A stretch of DNA of 64,000 bases from a virus. Its lineage: Duplodnaviria; Caudoviricetes. The translations under genes were made by a program, and so were the position numbers. The DNA lies in IMG/VR virus record IMGVR_UViG_3300005805_000070, positions 14,857 to 78,856 of that record. One strand, given 5' to 3'. Within the stretch, counting starts at the first letter, position 1. Each line of letters starts with the position of its first letter. This document shows positions 26,501 through 34,500 of this stretch, one piece after another. The notes under the pieces are model-generated. The model did not search any database and was not told where the DNA came from. It saw only the letters and a list, made by a program, of their open reading frames with translations.

Positions 26501-29067
26501 GAAATAAATCTTGGATTTCTATTATAAAGGTAATCACTTGTCGTTAAAGAACCAAGTGTGAAATCAGAATCGCTTCTTGCACCAGTTGCACTAGATTCCT
26601 GGATTACAAAAGCTTCATTTGGATCTCTTGCATTTACAACTTCCTTAGGAATTACAAGTCTAACTTTATAAATTTTCTCATCCAAACTTCTTGGATCATT
26701 AAATCTCTTGAAGAATGAAACCTGAGTTCTTTCAGTTAGTACAGATGGTCCTAGAATATTAATAGTTTGATAAATTTGGTTTCCAGCATTTACGTGCAAG
26801 TACCAAGCAGAATTGGGAATATCAAATTGAATTGGGGAACCAACATCACCTGGATTTTTATCTGATACTCTACTTACAATCTTTAGCTTTGTTCCCTTAT
26901 AAATTGTAAGAGTTACTGGAGTTGCCGCCTCAGCATTAGTTCTTGAAGATGCAATTTTAATCTGGTTGGCATTAAGTCTAACCGCATAGTAAACCGTATT
27001 TTCTTCAACGTTTTCTGGTAAATCTCCATCATCACTAATGATTCTAATTTTTTCACCAGTCTGAATATCGTGTGCTGGGATGGTAAAAATACTACTGGAA
27101 GGTTCAGAAGTTGGATATAGTTTTTCTGAATTAATGGTTCCTAACGCAACAGTTGATCCTGCTCCGATTAGGTTATTTACCATGTAAACGTTTGCTTCAC
27201 TAATTCCGTATCCAACATTAGTGGAGAAATCTACATAGAGTTTATCATTTTTTCTTGCACCAACTCTATATCCCTGTGTAATGACAGGTGGTGGAACATC
27301 AGAATTATTAAATCCAAAGAGATATAAGTGACTTGAAATACCTACTGTTTTTGTTTTATTAACATCGAGAGCAATCCAGTCAATATTATTTTCTACTAAA
27401 GTAATTGCTCTTGGTGGAATAATTGATGTAATGAAAGCTTTATTATCTTTATCAAATGCATCTGCTTTGAATCCATCTGCAGAAAGTGAGAATTGACCAA
27501 AGTTTGAGTTTGAGTTGGTAATCGATGCGTCACCACCAGATCTTACATCGAAGTGTTTGTTAAATCCAATAGCAAAAACAGAAACGACCTGAATGAATGA
27601 ATCGTTCGAAATTTTAATATGGCTTGGTTGCCAACCCTCTCTATAAACTGCTTCAGAATCTAAGTGATAAACCGTATTAATATTGGTAGAAGAAGATTGT
27701 GCAGAAAGATCAGCTCCTGTTACTTTTGTGACTGTAATTCCATCATATACTCTATTTGATTCATTATATTTTACAAATGCACGGTCGTCTTTTTGTAGAG
27801 ACACAGCAGTAAACTGTGCAACAACCATAGAACGGAAACCTGATGCTTTACTACCATCGGCATGCATACCCTGCATACCCCAAACAGATCTTAGAGATAC
27901 GTTAAAGACATATGGTGATGCACCAGATACAGTATCAGTTTCAATAGTAACTGATGCGGATGCGGCACTTAATCCTGCTGCAGATCCTGCAGGAAGATTA
28001 TCTCTTACGAATGGTAATAGATATGTGAATTTCTTAGGATCATTATCATCGACAGTTGCGACTTTTGTTGAGATATTATAATCGTCTACGTTTACTCCAC
28101 GAATCTTAATTGGTGTTCCAGCGGTTAATCCATGAGCAACTGCAGTTGTAACAGTAACAATTTGCCCAGGTGTTGCACCATCACCAGAGATGATTGCAGA
28201 AATGTTTACTGGGTCTGTTGCAAATGCACCAACAATTTCCCATTCTGGGCGCTGTTTTGCAAATCCACCCGATTGGTTTGGATACTTTTGATCAATATCT
28301 CTACCAGATGCCAAGTTAAAAGCATTTGATAGTTTGCTATAGTACATATCAAGATCAGTGATGTCATATCCAGTTGGGATATTGACACCATCAGCATACT
28401 CAAAGCAAGTTAGCTTATGGTGAGAGAATGTTGGTGTTGATTGATTATTTTCTGAAAAATCAATAGGGTCAGTATAAACTAAACCACTTTCATTACCATC
28501 AAAAATAGAGAACTGCCAGAAATAACAAGCACCAGTAATTCTGAAAATGCAACTAGGATCAACTATAGAATCAGTTGGATTTGGTACATATTTTGCACGA
28601 ATTTTTGTTTTTCTTAAGTCTAATCCAACAAGAGAAGTTCCACGTGGAACTACAATACCACCATATATGCTATTAAACTTATAAAGAATATTAGAAGACT
28701 GGTTTAAATCAAAATTAGAAGTGAGGGTTAAACTTAATTCATCTGAAGCAACTGTTTCTGATCCATTAGGAGCAACTGCTTTAGCAACACCAGAAACCGA
28801 TTTAATACCATAACCAGGTCTGTTATCAATTACGTGTTCTCCTGGGAACAAGAGAATTGTTGTTTTTTCGGTAACGTCGTTATCGTTACCTCTAAAATAT
28901 GAAAATCTTGCCGATTCTAAAAGAGCTCTTTGAATCGTTTTGAAAGGTTTCGTTAATGAGTTGCCCTGATTATCAATACTGTCAGTAGCATCGAGGTCAT
29001 TAGGATTTACATAAAGAATACGTCCTTCTGTATTCTTAATAAAGTTCTCTAGTTTATTCAGTGGCAT
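23524..29067 (-). CDS. large tail-fibre/structural protein with C-terminal peptidase S74 chaperone, 1847 aa
   Basis: C-terminal ASDERLKTNI...GVSAQQVQAVLPEAV...KYEKLVPLLIEAIKEL; N-terminal ILYVNPNDLDATD...PFKTIQRAL. Confidence 0.85.
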   Translation of the reverse strand: MPLNKLENFIKNTEGRILYVNPNDLDATDSIDNQGNSLTKPFKTIQRALLESARFSYFRGNDNDVTEKTTILLFPGEHVIDNRPGYGIKSVSGVAKAVAPNGSETVASDELSLTLTSNFDLNQSSNILYKFNSIYGGIVVPRGTSLVGLDLRKTKIRAKYVPNPTDSIVDPSCIFRITGACYFWQFSIFDGNESGLVYTDPIDFSENNQSTPTFSHHKLTCFEYADGVNIPTGYDITDLDMYYSKLSNAFNLASGRDIDQKYPNQSGGFAKQRPEWEIVGAFATDPVNISAIISGDGATPGQIVTVTTAVAHGLTAGTPIKIRGVNVDDYNISTKVATVDDNDPKKFTYLLPFVRDNLPAGSAAGLSAASASVTIETDTVSGASPYVFNVSLRSVWGMQGMHADGSKASGFRSMVVAQFTAVSLQKDDRAFVKYNESNRVYDGITVTKVTGADLSAQSSSTNINTVYHLDSEAVYREGWQPSHIKISNDSFIQVVSVFAIGFNKHFDVRSGGDASITNSNSNFGQFSLSADGFKADAFDKDNKAFITSIIPPRAITLVENNIDWIALDVNKTKTVGISSHLYLFGFNNSDVPPPVITQGYRVGARKNDKLYVDFSTNVGYGISEANVYMVNNLIGAGSTVALGTINSEKLYPTSEPSSSIFTIPAHDIQTGEKIRIISDDGDLPENVEENTVYYAVRLNANQIKIASSRTNAEAATPVTLTIYKGTKLKIVSRVSDKNPGDVGSPIQFDIPNSAWYLHVNAGNQIYQTINILGPSVLTERTQVSFFKRFNDPRSLDEKIYKVRLVIPKEVVNARDPNEAFVIQESSATGARSDSDFTLGSLTTSDYLYNRNPRFISTCSFNAVTNIITVTSEIPHNLKVNDIIAIKNVSSTTNTPATLNKGYNGTFKVLSITNDKTFTHSSTDIFDVLHVPGVFTNNVTNRSTTLPRFERKDHKGNFYIYRNETITPYIYSVQDGVYYLYVVNSSNAVPEEFTDLKFSQSIVDLYPQLDNDNIDDNPPAAASFAKRAPLGDVVTSDLKKSITRETADKIHTYFGIVPIVSGVSDSGTSATLTFSREHGLSGVVTYTSLIGGSGHSQGTYQNVKLYSDSILTSWKGATARVTVNSSGAVTSADVITGGSAYATGETLYFDSTQIGGTPSGRMTITTAGISTSVGNVVQLTGIGTTASNHYRITSVPSSTTISIAKTAGDGSPVVGQYIINGGPSIVVNSNTYDTLTGVTTFVCASAHGLVSGNRFDVLDSNNNNVGSFLVDEKVGINTFTSVTGKNVGSVKFVLKNVLSSNELTADSSGENLGSRSVSFYQNETAILLSDITSQTSFPIRVPNSGIGTTRRFELGSYIQVDNEIMRIVSSTLSGSGNNEITVIRGSLGTLIENHGATSLIKKIRPLPVELRRPSVLRASGHTFEYLGYGPGNYSTGLPQIQNRTLNEREDFLAQAQSSSCGSAIYTGMNSDGDFFVGNTKYSASSGQQVTFAIPVSTVTGQDPSRLSVVYDEVIIKERLLVEGGNSGTVLSQFDGPVTFNKELKINDSTIMNDTLKVNNTVEITDGTQSNSKDTGAFILDGGAGIEKNVYIGGNLNITGVVTCTNTLQSNSKDTGSIIFEGGVGIEKNVYIGGNLNVTGVSTYVGNAYFQNDVRLEDNDSLFLGNNDDLEIVHDGSNSIIKDTGTGDLYLQGSSAVRITSPLATENYAIFNENSSVQLFFDNSQKFATTNTGISITGEITSTGDITAFASDERLKTNIEPIEGALNKVLSLSGFTYNFNELGESLGFYTKDRHVGVSAQQVQAVLPEAVAPAPVNGDYLTVKYEKLVPLLIEAIKELKAEIDELKGSK

Positions 29068-29100
29068 TGGAATATATTATTCTGGAGGATGTCTATCCTT

Positions 29101-29107
29101 TATTTAT
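29101..29107 (-). promoter_or_regulatory. T4-type late promoter
   Basis: ATAAATA upstream of 29067. Confidence 0.6.
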
Positions 29108-29409
29108 CAAGTCAGATCTTCCTCATCATAGACATAATAATCATCGTCGGGCATATCTTCTGGGTTCTCCAACTCAATTGAAAAAAGGCAAGGATGTACC
29201 TGTTCGTCTATAAGATAAAAAGAGTTTTTATATAGATCATCTGGTTCAAATGTGCGATTCTTATCTGCTTCTCTACAAAGATCTTGATCGTACAAATGTC
29301 CGTCAGGAAGTTCGTCAAACGTGAAAGGAACGTGATTGATAAAGTACATCTTCACAATCATACTGCCGTTATTGTACCAGCAGTATGCGTGATCGATACG
29401 ATAAGACAT
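29107..29409 (-). CDS. conserved hypothetical protein, 100 aa
   Basis: Start corrected to MSYRIDHAYCWY; the longer start lies inside tRNA-Leu. Confidence 0.75.
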   Translation of the reverse strand: MSYRIDHAYCWYNNGSMIVKMYFINHVPFTFDELPDGHLYDQDLCREADKNRTFEPDDLYKNSFYLIDEQVHPCLFSIELENPEDMPDDDYYVYDEEDLT

Positions 29410-29429
29410 AGGAAACTTCCCATATCTTA

Positions 29430-29436
29430 TATTTAT
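29430..29436 (-). promoter_or_regulatory. T4-type late promoter
   Basis: ATAAATA 21 nt upstream of the 29409 start. Confidence 0.55.
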
Positions 29437-29442
29437 TTTTGA

Positions 29443-29517
29443 TAGCGGTGGCGAGATTCGAACTCGCACTGTATTGATTTTAAGTCAACTGCCTGCTGCC
29501 GATTGGGCTACACCGCC
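29443..29517 (-). tRNA. trnL-UAA: tRNA-Leu(UAA), short variable loop, no encoded CCA
   Basis: Acceptor GGCGGTG/CACCGCT-A; anticodon arm GTTGA-CT TAA AA-TCAAT; T arm GCGAG-TTCGAAT-CTCGC. Confidence 0.9.
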
Positions 29518-29526
29518 GATGGGACC

Positions 29527-29555
29527 ATCATAACTCTTGGAGTCGTAATGGTCAA
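29527..29555 (-). promoter_or_regulatory. sigma70-like promoter for tRNA-Leu
   Basis: TTGACC-N17-TATGAT, 10 nt upstream of the tRNA 5' end. Confidence 0.7.
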
Positions 29556-29556
29556 G

Positions 29557-29629
29557 TGCCCGTTGCGTGGATCGAACACGCCTAAATTCGATTATGAGTC
29601 GAGTCCTTTCACCAGATAGGTAAACGGGC
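29557..29629 (-). tRNA. tRNA with CAU anticodon (elongator Met or lysidine-type Ile2)
   Basis: Acceptor GCCCGTT/AACGGGC-A; TCGA-CT CAT AA-TCGA; T arm GCGTG-TTCGATC-CACGC; lacks initiator features. Confidence 0.85.
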
Positions 29630-29632
29630 AGG

Positions 29633-29720
29633 TACGAGTGCCTGGATTCGAACCAGGTCAAAGCCGCTAATCTGGCGGAAAGAGTTTATAAGACTCCTCT
29701 GACTACCAAGTCTCACTCGC
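29633..29720 (-). tRNA. atypical tRNA(-like) RNA with UAU anticodon and long variable arm
   Basis: Acceptor GCGAGTG/CACTCGT-A; T arm CCTGG-TTCGAAT-CCAGG; GGAGT-CT TAT AA-ACTCT; extra hairpin CCGC/GCGG; reduced D arm. Confidence 0.75.
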
Positions 29721-29728
29721 TTCTGCGT

Positions 29729-29902
29729 TTATGATGCTTCGTTATTACACTCAGTGTGTATTCGTACAAAGTCATCATCCGCAGGTATCATAACTGCTGC
29801 CTGCCCATTCTCGTTGATTATACCTAATCGCTCTCCGTTCTCAACACGTTCCATCAGTTCATCAAACCTCTCTTGAAATTCTTCCACCGTGAAAACTTCC
29901 AT
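29729..29902 (-). CDS. Phd/YefM-like antitoxin-fold protein, 57 aa
   Basis: Manual translation MEVFTVEEFQERFDELMERVENGERLGIINENGQAAVMIP... follows the Phd beta-alpha-alpha-beta-beta pattern. Confidence 0.65.
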   Translation of the reverse strand: MEVFTVEEFQERFDELMERVENGERLGIINENGQAAVMIPADDDFVRIHTECNNEAS

Positions 29903-29917
29903 TCGTTTCTTTTTCGA

Positions 29918-29925
29918 TATTTATA
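29918..29925 (-). promoter_or_regulatory. T4 late promoter (exact TATAAATA)
   Basis: TATAAATA 16 nt upstream of 29902; overlaps a TATAAT. Confidence 0.7.
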
Positions 29926-29933
29926 TTATAGCA

Positions 29934-30134
29934 TCACTCGCCGTAAATGGCAAGATCAGCATACTCAATCTGTTCAGGGTCAAGTTGAGCAGTGACAACT
30001 TCCAGTACGTTCATAAACTCTTCAACAGTATCACATTCAACCAGGCGCTCATTACCTTCATCACTAATCAGTAGGAAAGTACGAGTACAAACATCAATTA
30101 CAATACCCAGTACGCTTTCTTGTGTGATGCTCAT
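29934..30134 (-). CDS. hypothetical phage protein, 66 aa
   Basis: ORF track; directly after a consensus promoter. Confidence 0.75.
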   Translation of the reverse strand: MSITQESVLGIVIDVCTRTFLLISDEGNERLVECDTVEEFMNVLEVVTAQLDPEQIEYADLAIYGE

Positions 30135-30160
30135 TAGGTGGTTCCGTTGATTACCCCCAT

Positions 30161-30189
30161 ATTATAGAGGGTCTTGGGTGAGGTGTCAA
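30161..30189 (-). promoter_or_regulatory. sigma70 consensus early promoter
   Basis: TTGACA-N17-TATAAT exact. Confidence 0.85.
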
Positions 30190-30193
30190 GTCT

Positions 30194-30910
30194 TCAGTTA
30201 AGAGCTTTAACTTCAACGGCAAAGTCCAACGCATCAGCACCTGGTTCGTTAATAGTCACCACTTGAGTTGTATTATAGTTTCTATAATAATCTCTCCAAG
30301 CACCACCACTAAAAATAAATCCATTAGTAACAGTTCTCCAAGATCCCAAATGAAAAACATTATTTGTAGTTATAGTTCTCCATGCACTTAGGTGAAAAAC
30401 AAATAAACCTCTTTTTATCCTCTGCCCAAAAACTGAAGCAGCATAAGGATATAAAGTAGCTCCACCCAAAACTGTTGATCCTGCATTGATTGTTGCTTGG
30501 GCAGCTTGTGGATTTAATGGCGAAAAAGAAGCAATTGGAAATGGATTAGCAATTGGATTAACAAGACCTTGAAATCGAATATCTTGCCATTCAATAACAT
30601 AGTCTGTATTTGTGGTTGCAGTAACGTTAACTTCAGTTCCAGTAAATCTTGTTGGTGAATTATTTCTCTGTGGTGCTGGATCTGGTAAAACACTTATGTT
30701 TGTTGTGTAATGAGATGTTCCAGTAGCACTACTTGCATCAACATAATTTTTGTAAATATTATAAGTCGTACCACCAGGTCCTAATCCCTGAAACCCCATT
30801 CGATAAAAATTACCAGCACTACTACAAGCAGAAAATCGAATGCTAGTTGTTCCAGCGTTAACTCTTAATCTAAAGTTACCTGCTGTTGGTTCGTAAAAAA
30901 ATGCTGCCAT
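30194..30910 (-). CDS. hypothetical (probably virion) protein, 238 aa
   Basis: ORF track; in fibre operon; duplicated GLFVFHLSAWRT-like unit. Confidence 0.7.
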   Translation of the reverse strand: MAAFFYEPTAGNFRLRVNAGTTSIRFSACSSAGNFYRMGFQGLGPGGTTYNIYKNYVDASSATGTSHYTTNISVLPDPAPQRNNSPTRFTGTEVNVTATTNTDYVIEWQDIRFQGLVNPIANPFPIASFSPLNPQAAQATINAGSTVLGGATLYPYAASVFGQRIKRGLFVFHLSAWRTITTNNVFHLGSWRTVTNGFIFSGGAWRDYYRNYNTTQVVTINEPGADALDFAVEVKALN

Positions 30911-30912
30911 TA

Positions 30913-31494
30913 TTAAACGTAATAATTTTCAGGAGATGGTTCTTCTGGCCAAAAAGCATCATCTATTTGCCATTCATATTCATCAATATTAATCGTTTCT
31001 GGCATATCTCTTAATGCCTGGCGATAATTTTTAAATTCTTCACTTAATGTTAATCCCTTTTCTAATGCTACGGTGACAACCCAATCAGTTGAATTCAACA
31101 AAAGTAGTCTTTTTGATTTTATAACTTCAATTTTAGTAATTCTTTCTTGAATTTTTTCTTCTTCAGTGAATTCGACATGAGAATATGTTTTTGTAACACT
31201 ATTATCTGAATTAATAATCCATTCTTCAAATGGATTAGTCACGATTTTATATCCTTTTCTTTGCTCTATGTGAGACTCGTGAATTCTTCTCCACCCCTCA
31301 TTATAGAAGAGGTAGTCATCACAAACATAAGCTTTATTTTCGTAATACCATCCAGGATGTGGTAATTCTTTTTCTTGTTCTGGATTCCAATAAAATTTAG
31401 AACCTTGTTCGTAATTATATTCTTGAGTATATGCTGGGAGAATATCTGGTTTCCAATATTTTTGTTGTAATTGTTGATCAAACTGCCAAGACAT
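30913..31494 (-). CDS. tail-fibre assembly chaperone-like protein
   Basis: C-terminal R..LL.STDW...F..YRQALRDMP motif; downstream of the fibre gene. Confidence 0.7.
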   Translation of the reverse strand: MSWQFDQQLQQKYWKPDILPAYTQEYNYEQGSKFYWNPEQEKELPHPGWYYENKAYVCDDYLFYNEGWRRIHESHIEQRKGYKIVTNPFEEWIINSDNSVTKTYSHVEFTEEEKIQERITKIEVIKSKRLLLLNSTDWVVTVALEKGLTLSEEFKNYRQALRDMPETINIDEYEWQIDDAFWPEEPSPENYYV

Positions 31495-31523
31495 TTATAT
31501 ACCTCAAAATTATAATTTTAACA

Positions 31524-31530
31524 TATTTAT
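31524..31530 (-). promoter_or_regulatory. T4-type late promoter
   Basis: ATAAATA between the collagen and chaperone genes. Confidence 0.55.
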
Positions 31531-31540
31531 TGAATAAAAA

Positions 31541-34500
31541 TCAATACTGATACCAAATATCACCATTGTTTCCACCACTTGCACCTGCTGTAGAAACCGT
31601 TCTTGTTCCGTAAGCATTACTTGTTGATGCAATATTAATGGTTGTTCCAGAAGAAACAGTAATTGGGTTTGTTCCACCATAACTGGTTTGGTTAACTGTA
31701 ATCGTAACGTTTGTTGAACCTTGTAGACCCTGGTTTCCAAATGATCCCTGAGCACCTTGAGTTCCTTGTCCACCAACTCCACCAAAAGCACCTTGTAAAC
31801 CTTGAAGACCTTGACGTCCTTGAGTTCCTTGAGCACCTTGAGCACCATTTCCACCAAATAAACCTTGAGTACCTTGAGCACCTATTCTTCCTTGAGCACC
31901 TTGAGCACCTTGTGCTCCAGTGCCACCAAATTGGCCTTGAATACCCTGAGCACCTATTAAACCTTGAGCACCTTGAGTTCCTTGTCCACCAACTCCACCA
32001 AAAGCACCTTGAAGTCCTTGAGCACCTATAGAACCTTGAATACCTTGAGCACCTTGTGCTCCAGTGCCACCAAATTGGCCTTGAATACCTTGTCTTCCTT
32101 GAGCACCTTGAGCACCTTGAGCACCTTGAGCACCAGCACCTGGAGATCCTTGTAAACCTTGTCTACCTTGAGCACCCTGAAGTCCTTGAATTCCTTGAGC
32201 ACCTTGAGCACCAGAACTACCAAGTATGCCTTGAAGTCCCTGTAATCCTTGAGTTCCTTGAGCACCCTGAGCACCAACACCACCAAACGTTCCTTGAACA
32301 CCTTGAAGACCTTGAGCACCTTGAGCACTTAAACCACCTTGCAGTCCCTGAGCGCCTTGTCTCCCCTGAGCACCTTGAGCACCTGCACCTTGAAGACCTT
32401 GTAATCCTTGACGTCCTTGAAGACCTTGAGCACCTTGGGTTCCTTGAGCACCAATATTTCCTTGAATACCCTGAGCACCTTGAGTGCCCTGAGCACCTTG
32501 GGCACCCACACCACCAAATGTTCCCTGAGCACCTTGTAAACCTTGAGAACCTTGAGCTCCCTGTGCTCCCTGTGCTCCCTGAACACCCGAACCTTGTACA
32601 CCTTGAGCACCCTGTCTTCCTTGAAGACCCTGAGCACCTTGAGTGCCCTGAGCACCTTGAGCACCACCAGATCCAGATAAACCTTGAAGACCTTGTAAAC
32701 CCTGAGATCCTTGTGCTCCTTGGGCTCCTTGAATGCCTTGAGCACCCTGTCTTCCTTGAAGACCTTGAGCACCTTGGGTTCCTTGAGAACCTTGCATTCC
32801 TTGAGTTCCTTGAGCACCTTGCCCACCAACACCACCAAATTGCCCTTGGATACCTTGAGCACCCTGTAGACCTTGGGTTCCCTGCAATCCTTGAATGCCT
32901 TGAGCACCCTGTCGTCCTTGAAGACCCTGAGCACCTTGAGTTCCTTGAGCACCTTGTAGTCCTTGTGTGCCTTGAGCACCCTGGGCACCTACACCACCGA
33001 AAGTTCCTTGTAATCCTTGAGCACCCTGTAGACCTTGAGTTCCTTGAGCGCCTTGTGCTCCTTGAGTTCCTTGTGCTCCTTGAGTTCCTTGGAGTCCCTG
33101 GAAACCTTGAGTTCCTTGAAGACCCTGCAATCCTTGGCGACCTTGAGCACCCTGTAAACCTTGAGATCCCTGAAGACCCTGTAATCCTTGAAGACCTTGA
33201 GTTCCCTGAGCACCTTGAGCACCTATAGAACCAAAAGTACCTTGTGATCCTTGAGCACCTTGAAGTCCTTGATTTCCTTGTAACCCCTGAGTTCCCTGAG
33301 CACCTTGGGTTCCCTGCAATCCTTGTAATCCCTGATTTCCTTGTAAACCTTGAGTACCTTGAGCGCCTTGAGCACCAGTTCCACCAAAAGTGCCTTGAGT
33401 TCCCTGTAAACCTTGCAATCCCTGAGTTCCCTGGGCACCCTGCAATCCTTGGCGACCTTGAGCACCCTGTAAACCTTGAGTTCCCTGAGCACCTTGTAGT
33501 CCTTGCAACCCTTGAGTTCCCTGAGCACCTTGGGCACCAGTAGTACCATCTGTTCCTTGTAAACCTTGTCTACCTTGTAAACCTTGTAATCCCTGAGTTC
33601 CCTGAGCACCCTGAAGTCCTTGAGTTCCCTGCAATCCCTGGAATCCTTGAGTTCCCTGAAGACCCTGCAAACCTTGGCGACCTTGAGAACCCTGAAGACC
33701 TTGAGTTCCCTGCAATCCTTGGAAACCTTGGACTCCTTGGAGACCTTGGAGACCTTGGAGACCTTGGGTTCCCTGTAATCCTTGTAATCCCTGATTTCCT
33801 TGTAAACCTTGAGTTCCTTGAGCACCTTGGGCACCAGTTCCACCAAAAGTTCCCTGTAAACCTTGAGCACCCTGTAAACCTTGAGAACCCTGAAGTCCCT
33901 GTAATCCTTGAAGACCTTGAGTTCCTTGAGTTCCTTGCAATCCTTGGAAACCTTGAACACCTTGAAGTCCCTGTAATCCCTGAAGACCTTGAGTTCCTTG
34001 TAATCCTTGTGCTCCTTGTAAACCTTGAACACCTTGCAATCCTTGGGCACCTTGAGAACCTTGAAGACCAGTAAATCCGCTAAGACCTTGAGTTCCTTGA
34101 GCACCTTGCAATCCTTGAATGCCTTGTAATCCCTGAAGACCCTGAGTTCCCTGAGCCCCTTGTGTTCCTTGAGCTCCTTGTAGCCCCTGAGAACCTTGAA
34201 GTCCTTGTAATCCCTGAAGACCTTGAGTTCCTTGAGTACCCTGTAATCCTTGGGCGCCTTGAGTTCCCTGAGCACCTTGTGTTCCTGTATCTCCACCTAG
34301 ACCTTGAGTTCCTTGAAGACCTTGTAAACCTTGGGTTCCTTGTAAACCTTGAGTTCCTTGTAAACCTTGAGTTCCTTGAGCGCCTTGTGCTCCCTCCATT
34401 CCTTGAACACCTTGTGTTCCTTGAGCACCTTGCGCTCCCTCCATTCCTTGAACACCTTGTGTTCCCTGAAGACCTTGTAAACCTTGTAAACCTTGTGCTC

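Noticed and set aside
29410-29469. N-terminal extension MRVRISPPLSK of ORF 29107
   Set aside because: Lies within tRNA-Leu and upstream of the late promoter; real start is 29409.
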